This document shows positions 53,071 to 64,000 of a stretch of DNA of 64,000 nt, piece after piece. The translations under genes were made by a program, and so were the position numbers. This stretch comes from Octopus vulgaris. Its lineage: Eukaryota. Location of the stretch: positions 127,224,001 to 127,288,000 of the forward strand of contig OX597816.1 in the NCBI GenBank assembly GCA_951406725.2, in the 5' to 3' direction. The first letter of the stretch is position 1. Each line of letters begins with the position of its first letter. The notes under the pieces were generated by a model, which saw only the letters and a program-made list of their open reading frames with translations, was not told the origin of the DNA and made no database searches.

Positions 53071-53336
53071 CTGCAAACCCTTGACTGTTGTGGGTGTTAT
53101 GTTCCAAAAACCCCTGGTGATAGGTGAAAATCTGTGAAGTAGAAACAGTACTGTGCTGTATATTTTTTTTATTATTTCTATGATTTGTATATATTTATTT
53201 TATTATAAATGCAAAAACAACACCATGGAGGAATTAATGTAAGCTTAAATAATAAACCATGACAGGTGAACCGTGATAGTTGAACCACAATAGGTGAACC
53301 ACGATAGGTGAACTGCAATATGGCAAAGGATTACTG
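53071..53336. mobile_element. Tigger/pogo-type MITE with subterminal repeats
   Basis: Imperfect CAGT-type ends (left CTGCAAACCCTTGAC; right GGCAAAGGATTACTG). About four ~14-bp tandem GATAGGTGAACC(A/G)C units near the right end and one near the left. Confidence 0.65.
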
Positions 53337-53767
53337 CATTGCACTTTTGATAAGTGTATACTTTCTGTCATTGATAATGATGTCAAGAATGTTGGCTTTT
53401 ATCTTTCTGTCAGTGTAGATGAACATATCCCACAGGCTGCTAATATCATTGTGTCAGTGACCATGTTTGGTTGATGATCATACATACCATTTTTCACTTG
53501 TCTTGCTTTATTAACTTCTGCATATTTTCCAATGTAGGTATACTGCTGCTTTGTTATGCCTGTTGGTGTATTCAGTCATTGTTAGTTCTCATGGTCCAGA
53601 GACAAATGTAAATAGCCCTTCACTTCTTATCTTTTTAACTATCACTTTAATAATAACAGCAGCAGCCACAGCAGAGGCAGTAATAAGCAGCAGCAGTAGC
53701 AGCAGCAGTAGTAGTAGTAGTAGTAGTAGTAGCAGTGGCAGTAGTAGTAGCAGCAGCAGCAGGAAGT

Positions 53768-54332
53768 GGAGGCGCAATGGCCCAATGGTTAGGGCAGCAA
53801 ACTCGCGGTCAGAGGATCACGGTTTCGATTCTCAGACCGGGCGTTGTGTGTGTTTATTGAGCGAAAACACCTAAAGCTCCATGAGGCTCCGGCAGAGGGT
53901 GGTGGCGACCCCTGTTGTACTCTTTCGCTCCAACTTTCTCTCACTCTTTCTTCCTGTTTCTTGTCCCTGACTTCCTACGTAACCACTGAGCCTGGAAGCG
54001 CATTCATCCATCCGTCGATGCTCTCGGTGTCGGGGGTTGTCCTGCTTTCTCTTCTGCGGGACTTACGAATAGCAAAGGACCATGTTTCGGACTTCTCCCA
54101 CTGGATGAAGACCGCTACGCTCAACAGCAGCAGCAGTAGCCATTCAAGAATTTGGACCTGGAGATCTCCATTTCCAGTGACTTCGAGGGCCACCTCCTAG
54201 TGGTGTTGGGCATCAAAGAAGAGCCCTCGACTACAACTAGACAACCAAAGTTTTTTTTTCCAAGGTCTGGGGTCTCCCTAGACCATCACCTAATCATCCT
54301 TACCCATCTTGTTGCTTAACAACAACAACAAC
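53768..54332 (+). mobile_element. Long GC-rich tRNA-headed SINE (family E) with (AAC)n tail, inserted in an (AGC/AGT)n tract
   Basis: TGGCCCAATGG A box and GGTTTCGATTC B box, GACCGGGCGTTGTG also seen in the family D head, many CpGs retained, ends AACAACAACAAC. Confidence 0.7.
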
Positions 54333-55768
54333 AGCAGCAGCAGCAAATCGCAATAGCTCTTACTTAGAAATTTAATAGTAATCATATGAAAAAAGACTAA
54401 CAGTTTTCATATAATATATTCAAGTAGACAGTATACATAAAACATGTAAAACTAAATTGAAATAGAAAATATATTTGTGGTGATACTATCTTCTACACTT
54501 AACACAGTAACTGACCAATATTATAGTATAAAATATTAATATCAAACAAAAGTCATTGAAAAATTCTAGTATTGTAGTTTTCCAAAACTTGCAACTTTTT
54601 ATTAACTTACAATTAAGTCCGAATTAATAGAAGTAAACTTCGATATTAAAACAGAATAGGCTTAATTGAAATTTTAATGTATTGTACATAAAACTTCAGA
54701 AAATTATATCAATCATAAATGGACTGGTGAGGTGTGTTTGAAGTAAAAGTAATAATGCATTAATAATAAGGGAAATAAATAGTGAGATTAAATAGACAAG
54801 ATACTAAATTAAAGACAAAGGCATCTTCTGGCTGATTTCCACTAGTCATTCATTTTATGTTGTTATATGCTTCACAATGCTTATTCACTTACATCATATC
54901 TCTACCATCTAGGATTTGAAGAATAGTAGAAAGACTAGATTTCACTGAGGAGGTCTAACAAGATCAAAACATGTCTGGAGTAGTCATTGTACTTTGTAAA
55001 CACCAGACTCACTCCCCACTACACTACCTGTTAATTTTGAATGTACATTTTAGAGAGTCGTCTCCCTTGCTTTTCTACACAATATTGTAATTTTGATTTA
55101 CTTGAATTAAAATTTTTACTCATTGAATTAAGTTTTGTACATTAAGTATGTGAGAATCTGCTTAAATGTACACACACACTGAGACACAGACACGTATACA
55201 TATATATATAGTCAGTTAAGTGCAGTTCTTGAAACTCACAACCTTTGACTCACTTATGGATCTTTATTTATGTATATCAGTTGTGATGGATTTATAATAC
55301 TGTACCCTTCGATAAGATACCCCCTCTATTGACAGTTATACGAGTGCATCTTTTTCCTGACTTATGGACTTTTAGATGACTTATACACATACACACATGC
55401 TACCACATACTGTAGAGTATAATGTAATAGGTTGTCTGTGTCTTGTGCCATATATATATATATATTTATATATTTAAATACAAACCTTGACTCTGCAACA
55501 CTGTATATATATTCCCTACTGGGAATGACCAAGTTTAAAAATCTGCTGGATCTCACTCATAAGGGAATCATACATTGCTTATAAACTCTACATTTGGAAG
55601 GACTCATATTAAACTCTGTTGAACTTTTGGATTTTACTCAAAGCCTATAAAATGGATTTACAAATTCAATACCCATACATATCTTACATTTATTTTCTTC
55701 CCTCCACCTCACTCTCTATTTTGTATCACATTGAAACTAACTATGACTTAATTTTTCCTCTCACACCA

Positions 55769-55818
55769 TCTCCGATGAAGGGATATTATTAATTAATATC
55801 CTAGAAACAGCTGTAAGA
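55769..55818 (+). ncRNA. Minimal type-I hammerhead ribozyme motif, U4C core variant
   Basis: TCT-CCGATGA-A-G-GGATATTA-ttaat-TAATATCC-T-A-GAAA-C-AGCT-G-TA-AGA. 3-bp stem I, 8-9-bp stem II, palindromic stem III CAGCTG, GUA triplet. Inside a segment bounded by (TA)n (~55470-56010). Confidence 0.65.
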
Positions 55819-56009
55819 CCTTCTATCTATAAATACTCTGTCTATTCAGCCTTGGTTGTTTATCTTATTATGCAAAAAATTCTTATATACACACACTGAA
55901 ATAGAACCAACGTTGAACCCTTTATTTGCAATATTACCGAATCTGGGTCTGTCTATAGCACTTATTCAGCATTACCTGACACCTTTGGGTCTCAATGACA
56001 CCATTATCT

Positions 56010-56048
<39 letters not shown>

Positions 56049-57119
56049 TATTAAGGTTGCTATTCGCAATTTAGAACTGAAAGGCAGAAGTATAGCCATC
56101 ACTAAAGTGACTGATGGTGCTGGTCAGCACCAGCATTGCTAGAAATAAGAATCAAAAGAATTCTTAGCCATGTGAGAGCACTTTTCTAACAACTGACAAG
56201 AGAGACAAACTCTCTTATATACAGAGAGAAAGAGAGAGTGTGTGAAAGTCAAGATCTAGAGATAATATAGAAAACATATAGTAGTGCTCAAATGATTTGC
56301 TTACACTCTGAAGTCTTTATCAAGGACTAAGTCTACAGGGTAAAGAGTGGCTATAAGAGAAATCCAGGTGAGCTGATATGGAGATAGTGATGTAAGTGCC
56401 AATATTTCTACCTTGACAACAGAGACTAGTTTTATAGTAATGTTTATATGCATCCACTAATAGTTGCATATCTGACTTTTTTGTACACTCCACCTACCAT
56501 TAGGAACATTATAACTATTATGTAATTCTTAGCCTCCAGAAACAGCTGTCGAACTTGAAATATCATGCCTTCTCCCATTAGTTTTCTGTATTTTTTGTAC
56601 TCCATGTAAATTTGTTCTTTAAATATATAAATATTTACATGATTATACATGAGTGTTCATCTGAATATTTTCAGCTTTTGCTTCTCTCTATATATACACC
56701 CCTATATATATATATTTACATGTGTATATGTATGTAAATATATTTTATAAAACAAGCCCAAATGTATTATCTACATCACTCTGCCTCTCCCCCTCCCCTC
56801 TCTCTCTTTCTTACTCACTTTATATATATTTATATATATATATGTGCATTCATGTGTGTGAAAAATCTATAATATATATGCATGTATATATACATGCACA
56901 TATATTTATTCATATAATATATAAATATATTTAAAACTCATACACCACCATACATTTTCCTCATGCTCTATTAATTTCAATAATAATAATAATAATAATA
57001 ATAATGATGATAATAATAATAAAATAATAGTAAGATACAAATTGATAACAGAAATAACTCCAGAGTAGCAGATCACTAGACCAGTTTGTATAAGCTAATG
57101 CACTCTAGTTTGTATTGTA

Positions 57120-57300
57120 TACTCCTTGCATCTTTGTGTTTTTCTCTCACCACCTGACAACAGATGTTTATGTCCCTGTAACTTAGTGTTTATGTCCCTG
57201 TAACTTAGCAGTTTGTCCAAAGGAAACTGATATGACATGTATCAGACGTAAGATATAAATACTAGGGTCCATTTGATCAACTTCATAGTAGTGCTCTATA
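57120..57300 (+). mobile_element. SINE family A 3' half, diverged, with an internal 22-bp tandem duplication
   Basis: TGACAACAGATGTTTATGTCCCTGTAACTTAG, the duplicated unit, then CAGTTTG. Confidence 0.65.
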
Positions 57301-57479
57301 TACATGTATATATTGATGTACATGTAAATAATATTAGTTATTTAGAAATGAAATGTCTTTTCCCTAAATGATGATACTGAAGTGTAGTCTTTTAAATTTA
57401 AAAGCTGCAAGTTTTCTCATAATGAATAAATATCATATATGTATATTTTTTGGGTGGGAGGACAGACTGGCATTTCCTA

Positions 57480-58060
57480 TTGTTTCCATTTACTGTTATA
57501 ATATTATCCCTAATTACATGTGCTTGTGATTTGGTATTTCTTCTTTCAATTTGAAGTTTCACTATAATCTATTTTAACTGATCAATGTAATATTCTTTAA
57601 ATAGAATTGAAGTATGTTTTTTTAAAACTTTGAGTCTTTATTAAACACTGCACCATGAATTGTATTTGTTTTTCATAAACTTCCAGAATATTGCTCTCCA
57701 TTTGTAAAACTTACTTTCATTGTTTGGTATTTTAAGGAAAATGTATTTTTCTATCTTAAACAATAATTGCCATTGATCAAACGTAACATTATTTTTTTCA
57801 AATCTACTTGTGGCAGTTCCATTCTTTGGTTCTTCTTCATAGCCTTAATCATTTTTGAAAAACTTATTCGTAGTTTCAATCACTTGTGTAATGCCACTAA
57901 CACAGTAAGCAAGACATATTCAAAAACAAATTCTATTGCTTGCTACCCAACATTTCTAACCAAAACTATTTATAATTTTCTCTCCTTCTAACACTAATTC
58001 TTTTCACATTTATGAATATTTTCATATATCCTTAGTTTAAAACAGATCCTCTGGTAAATA
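57480..58060 (-). mobile_element. Possible Sola2-like DNA transposase relic
   Basis: Minus frames give IYENI, ICF*ICLAYC, NVTFDQWQ and IDYSE in the order of the C..HeN, Cm...C..C, i.y.qW and vDFsENY motifs. Very degenerate. Confidence 0.3.
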
Positions 58061-58609
58061 TTTGTGTACTCTGTATACTTATAAATAGAAGAAGCAGACT
58101 TATGTTATCTCTAATGTGTAAAAAATTATTCCAATCCTTCATGCACTTGTAATTATTATCTTCAATAAATGTATTCAGACAATACATTGGTCTGAACTGT
58201 CCTTTGAAAGTAAAATATATTTCTTAAAAAAAATATTAGGAGAACAAATGAATAGAAGTTAGAGGATGCTATACCTCCATATTGCTGAATATTAATAACT
58301 GATAACCAGCCAATGCAGATATTTTAGTTGCATTTATCAATATTAAATAAAATAAACTTAAGGTGAGTGACAGAAATAGTCGAGTACTGGGTTAAAACCA
58401 TGTAGAATATAAATAAACACTTTTAATTTGATCTCAGATTTAATTTGATTACACATTTCGCTACATATTGACTCCATATTGGAGATGACTACACTTCATT
58501 TTTCATAAGCTAAGAAATACTAGTTATGTACCAGGGTCAATTCAACTGACTTCTAGAAATATATGTCATTATGTCAATAAGAGATACTCCATACAAAGTA
58601 AAGTGAAGT

Positions 58610-58800
58610 TTAGTGGAATGGTAGAATCGTGAGAGAACCAATTTGCAGTCTTCACAGTATTTTGTTCCATCTTCTTATATCGTGAACTGAAATTTTGCTG
58701 TGGTTGACTTTATCATCAATCTATCGAGGAGCAAGAAATTAAGTCTTTGTCTTGTATTTGGACCAATTCAACTGACTGTGCCTCTTCAATGCCTTTACAA
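58610..58800 (+). mobile_element. Degraded SINE family B
   Basis: GGTAGAATCGT ... AAATTTTGCTGTGGTTGACTTT. Confidence 0.5.
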
Positions 58801-60585
58801 CATGTTAATCAAAACACCAAATCACAAAACAAGAAATTGTCTTTACCCCAGACCTCTTGTTGAATAAAACACATTTCTGTTCAAATTGTTTCTGTTTATG
58901 CATTGCATATCAACATAAAATTTCAAAATATATATATATAAAATAAAGCATAAAGAGTGTATTTTCATAAGTCACAATATTAAAATTATCAAAAAACATA
59001 GTCTCAAAAACTTCACACTTCACAGAATCTAGTTAAAATTCACCTCTAGACATGTATCTGCATTACAATAAAAAATGTATGCAAATATAATTACATACAA
59101 AATATACTGCATAAAAACTTGCTATAAGTCATAAAGTTTAAGAAATAAAATATTTTTACAATGCAAGTTTAATATATATTGATTCAATATTTTATTCACC
59201 CCAAAACAATGCTTTTCAACTTTTTTTTTTATTTTACAGTTTTATTAGTTTTTCCATTAAATTAATATCTGAACATGAACATTCCAAATTTTTCCTTTTA
59301 TTCTACAACTATTTTATTTACAACTTATTCTAGATCATTATCTAGAAAATGTTGCAATTTCCATCTACATATCTCTGAGCTTTTTTTTATTTATTATTAT
59401 TTTTTATTTTTTTTGAAAGTAATATTCCTTAAAAACCAAATTCCTTTGCAGGAAATCTGCATGCTGCCTTTTTATTGTAATGTTTTTCCCCAACTAGAGT
59501 GGATAGAATGACTTATGAAAAGGTAGACATTTGATAGAATGATTATTTTGATAAAGACATAACATTTAAGTAACTAACCATTCAATCATGTAGCAGAAGT
59601 TTTAAAAGAATCTGTTTACCTGCACTAGAGTACTTGAAATAAGCAGAGTTTTGTCCCTTTCTTAAAAGTACACAACAATACCTGACATAAATATAACCTG
59701 CTGAAGATATAATCAATCCTTTTGATACCAACCTGTCTAAAACTGTCCCTGGTTCTGACATAAATTCTCTGTTTTATAGTGATCTATATAGTAAGACCTT
59801 CCATCAAAATTAATTGTTAGTTTACACTCAAAACACTATCTTAATAATTACAGTTATTTCAATAAATCCTTCAGTATTTCCAAACATTTAAAAAAGGTAA
59901 TTCATGTACGATATTCTATACTATATTTTCTTTAGAATATAAGAATATTTAAAAATAATATTCCAAGTAAAAAAGTGAAATATGAGTATTCATAGATTTT
60001 TTAACTATATTTTCTTTAAATGTAATTGTAAAAAATTCCTAGAAAATATTTTAAAAGCAAAGACTTGATATTTCAGTTTTCAATTTATATTGTCAGTAAT
60101 TCAAAAAAAGAATTTAATATTTTCATTTTCTAGTAATATTTCAAAATCTCGCCCATTACTAAAACATTAAATTTGATTCCATCACTTAAATTTCTGTGGA
60201 GGAAATTATGTCTTTTGACATTACAGTGTACATTGTTATCTAGGCAAAGAAATCAGACCCGCATCATCTAAAAAACAATTATCTATAAAATTATATTGTA
60301 TTTTCTTCTACATTCTTAAATATCTCATTAGAGTTTGCAGTTCTAGGTCGTTTAAATATAATATGGTAAATGTTGTACTGAGAATATTTAAATATTGGAC
60401 TTATGTTGATGCATATCTGCATTTAAGCATGTGCACACACACACACACACAGGTGAAATTCAGAGATTCTCCTCATAGAAGACACTTAGTAGAACTCAAA
60501 TTATTCAAATTTCCACAAGGTAAAGAAAAGCTATAAGAGGGATCAAGTTGAGCAGGTATAGAGGCAATTATGTGGATAATTGCCT

Positions 60586-60620
<35 letters not shown>

Positions 60621-60798
60621 TACGTTTAAATATTTGTTGTGCAAGATTTTTTATGTGAAGTCGTGTGTTGAAACAGATATTGTTATATTTCGGAATGGTC
60701 ATATTGCCAGTTTAGCCAATAAAAACACGCGCACTATATATTTGGTGTTATTTTGCTTCAGTGATATTTATTTTTTACATTAATCTTAATCTTATTTC

Positions 60799-60842
60799 GG
60801 CCAGAGTTCTTTCGTCACACTCCTGTGACTGCATCAGTGGTC
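60799..60842 (-). ncRNA. Hammerhead-like motif with CUGAUG-C-A core variant
   Basis: Minus strand GACCA-CTGATGCA-GTCACA-ggag-TGTGAC-GAAA-GAAC-TC-TGGCC. Perfect 6-bp stem II, stem I 4 of 5 bp. Inside a CpG-retaining ~340-bp insert between (TA)n and (TG)n. Confidence 0.55.
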
Positions 60843-60997
60843 CTTTGTTTTCTTCTCACTTATTTGTGTCTCTCCTTACTAACCGTCAGCCATTTTGTAT
60901 TTCTATTGTATGTCTTCATTTGCGCATGCTTATATCTCTATGTGCGTCTATGTTTATTTAGTGTGTGTGTGTATGTATGTGTGTGTGTGTGTGTGTA

Positions 60998-61030
<33 letters not shown>

Positions 61031-61439
61031 ATAACCTACATGATAAACATGCAAATAGGGCAAGTGTAACTAATTCTTTTTAAACTGTAAAAAATGATAA
61101 ACAGCCTTAATTTAATTTTGAACCTTATTGTGTTTTTGGCAGAGCTGTGTACATCACTTGACCAAACCCCAGAGAAAGAAGTAGCCAGTCTTTTTATATA
61201 CACAACAAATCTAGCAGCTTCAGCAAATTAGAGCTACTAATTTGCATACTATAAGTAGTTAGCACTTTATCTAATATTAGCAGCCTATCAACAGGGATCC
61301 CAGTTCACACAATATGATATAATACATAGAACCTACATAACAGACAAACAAACAGGGCAAATTTAATTATTTCTCCATAGACTGAAAAAAAAAATGTCAG
61401 ACAGCTTTAATTGATTTTCAAACTTTATTTGGTTCTCAT

Positions 61440-62070
61440 CAGAGTTCATCACCATAATCCACACCATCATCTTTTTAGCATCCACTTTTTCATGCTTGCA
61501 TCTGTTAGGTGGGTTTCCTCTAGCACTGTATCACACCAATTGTTGTGTTTCAATCTTTTAAAATCAGCTTTTGTCACTTCCTTTCATGTGTTTCTCAGTA
61601 TTCCTCTTTCACATATCCATTCCATTTGGATCTCTTCATACATTTTTTTTATCCAGCTGTTATCCTTCATTCTCATCAAATATCACACACGACTTCATCT
61701 TCTTCCTTCCACACTATGTTTGGTTCATTTTATACCCAGTTTTTCTCCTCGCTCATTTGTGGTTCCTTCATTTGTTTTTAACCTTCATACACCCTCTACA
61801 TTCAGTACAATAAACATCACAGTGTATACATAAATACTATACAATTTTCTTCTTTCAAAGAGAGAATCCTTTTCATTGTCAGAAAGGGTAGTTATAACTC
61901 CCTGAATTTTTTACCTCATTATTACTCGTTACTACGATTCCAGACACTAGTCTCCACTTCCAATCAGGTGACCTACATAACAGAATCTACAAACTCCTTC
62001 TCTGATGCTTTCTAAGTATTTGAAATACTTTATTATATGATATTTTTGTTATTTACCATCTAAGTGTATC
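61440..62070 (-). mobile_element. Old RTE LINE C-terminal and 3' fragment (left of the mariner)
   Basis: Degenerate 3' end (TTTAGCATCCACTTTTTCATGCTTGCAT) and remnants homologous to 45300-45680. Confidence 0.55.
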
Positions 62071-62072
62071 TA

Positions 62073-63332
62073 TTGAATTGGCAACTAAGTTCCTGCCATT
62101 TATTTTTAATTAAAATTATTTAAAAGGTTTAATAAAAAAATAACAACTAATTAATCAATAATGTATTCACACTTGTTGTTTACAACTTCTTCCCAACGTT
62201 CAACAAGATTTTCAGTACCTCATTGGTAGAAATCATCCGATTTCAACTCAAAAAATTGATCCAACCAAGCTCTCAATTCTGCATCAGTATTGAATGAAAC
62301 TTCACACATAGCATTTGAAAGAGATCGAAAGAGGTGGAAATCCATTGGTGCCAAATCAAGAGAGTACGGTGGGTGTGGCAGCACTTCCCAGCCATGCATT
62401 TGAATGGCTTCCTTGGTCATATTGGCGATATGAGGGTGGGCATTGTCATGCAGCAGAAGAACTCCATGCTACCGATTAGGTCTTTTCTCTTGAATAGTCA
62501 GCTATTGAATGTTTGGTTCCATTCAAGCAGTTCATAATGGATAATCCCTTCCCAGTCCCACCATACGCAGAACATCGTTTTACACAGATGAAGATCTTGT
62601 TTCATGTGTGGTGTCGCTTGTTTTCTGGGGCTAAGCCATTCTTTACGTTGCTTCATATTGATGTACAGGCACCATTTTTCATAGCCAGTAACGATTCAGT
62701 AAAGAAATCGTTGCTTGTGTCCATGAGTTGAGCAGTGATGAGCAAGCAAACTAGCAGAGATTGTGGCTCAATGATTTTTGTTGTTGTCACTTAAAGCATG
62801 TGGAATCCATGCTCCATACTTCTGAACCTTTCCCATCAAGTGAAGATACTTCTCTGTAGCAGTGTGGGAGCATTTCATTTTCTCTGCTAGTTCCCTTGTC
62901 GTTTGACGAGAATTTTCATGCAAAAGTTGGTTTAATCGCTCTTCATCGAACTCAACTGGACAGCCAGAAAGAGGTGCGTCTTTGAGGTCAAAATTTTCAT
63001 TTTGAACTTGGCATACCAATTATAAGCAGTTCTTTCAGCTATGGCACCCTCTCCATACACAGCACAAATGTCCCAAGCAGCTTTTGCGGCCTTAGAACCT
63101 TTATTAAAAACAAAAAGAAGGTGTCGAAAATGCTCTTTTTTTCTTAACTTGGCATTCCATTTTAATGATTTGAAAATAAGCAAAAATTAACTAAAATTAA
63201 CTAGTAAACAAGACAAAATGGATTACAAAATGATTCAAAAATAGTATTCTCGAAAAAAATAGATTCCAAAATTTAAAAACGCAATAAATTCCAAAATTTA
63301 AAAAAACTATGGTAACTTAGTTGCCAACCCAA
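62073..63332 (-). mobile_element. Mariner (DD34D) DNA transposon, near full length, inactive
   Basis: TIRs TTGAATTGGCAACTAAGTT (62073) and TTGGGTTGGCAACTAAGTT (reverse complement ending at 63332), with TA on both sides (62071-72, 63333-34). Length 1260 bp. Confidence 0.95.
62151..63160 (-). pseudogene. Mariner transposase pseudogene
   Basis: MECQVKK..EHFRHLL, ICAVYGEGAIAERTA, WIPHAL, IVTGYEKW, VWWDWEGIIHYELL, LLHDNAHPH, HPPYSLDLAPMDFHLF, ERWEEVV...EYIID*. Has stops, frameshifts and a small deletion near 62510. Confidence 0.93.
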
Positions 63333-63334
63333 TA

Positions 63335-63830
63335 CTACATATAGTCATTCTTTCCCTGTCAGTCTGCTTCACATCTCACTACATTTCTTGTGCATCTTTC
63401 ATTTACATTTAGTACAGAAATCCTGTCTAATCATTTTACATACTCATCTAGACCACATCCCTGATAGCAGTAGAGTTTTTTCTACTTTGCTGCTAACAAG
63501 AATTTTTGTCTCTACTGAATTTAATTTGAAGCCTGTTGATGCTAAACTTTCATGACCAAAATCTCTTCTCTAATTCTTCAACAAAATCAACTCTATAAAC
63601 TAGACTTTTGCTATATAGAAGTTCCCACAGAGAGCTGGTTTCCCCCATATTATGACATTAAAAATGGTAACAAACAAGATAGGACTGACAACTGCCTCAA
63701 ATGTTAAGTTCCTCATTGAAACTTATTGCTAACTTACATATTACTTTTTGAATCTCTGCACATAATTTGCATATCTCCACAAACCATTCATCAACACCTA
63801 CTTTTATAACCACCATCCCATCACTGACCA
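63335..63830 (-). mobile_element. Old RTE LINE RT fragment (right of the mariner)
   Basis: GVDEWFVE...SFNEELNI, VVSPILFVTIF and LWELLY match the RTE RT motifs GV.EWlV, vlSPllF and pWelLYADD. Confidence 0.65.
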
Positions 63831-64000
63831 CAGAGCATAGATTGTTTTCAGGTTTAGGAAAGCAGCCAGTTAACACCACCAGTCAGAGACCCAGTTTCTT
63901 AGTCAGTTCAGAGTTGCCTCTCTTCTCAGGGTTTGATGATGCTGAGAAGATAACTGCTTCAAAATGCATGCATTTATCAATCTGGCTAATGAGCACTTCA

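Noticed and set aside
53768-53845. tRNA gene
   Set aside because: A and B boxes are present, but there is no acceptor-stem closure or poly-T terminator. It continues into a SINE body.
56500-56556. GAAACAGCTGTC hammerhead half
   Set aside because: No CUGANGA upstream. At best a decayed relic.
59714-59890. Possible piggyBac-like MITE end
   Set aside because: Only one degenerate end and no matching TIR or TTAA in the window.

Overview
AT-rich, repeat-dense eukaryotic (animal) genomic DNA, intronic or intergenic. I recognise no intact host protein-coding gene. Most ORFs in the track are translations of microsatellites or SINEs. The repeat content includes several tRNA-derived SINE families with internal (TA)n/(CA)n, RTE LINE 3' ends terminating in (GAT)n, Penelope-like fragments and many di-, tri- and pentanucleotide microsatellites, and resembles an octopus (coleoid cephalopod) genome. 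That assignment is inference from recognised repeat families, not from a search. Recognisable mobile elements: a near full-length decayed mariner (DD34D) with TIRs and TA TSD nested in an old RTE LINE, an internally deleted DD37D/maT element, a Tigger/pogo transposase relic and MITE, RTE RT fragments, Penelope RT and endonuclease-region fragments, an R4/Dong-type RLE fragment, and weaker hAT, Sola-like and gypsy relics. The most interesting signal is at RNA level: four unrelated minimal type-I hammerhead-ribozyme motifs (35361, 38693, 55769, 60799), each with a different core variant. One lies inside a ~350-bp partial tandem repeat with an inverted arm, a Penelope pLTR or retrozyme-like architecture. 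There are also long fold-back elements and a SINE-SINE-RTE chimera.
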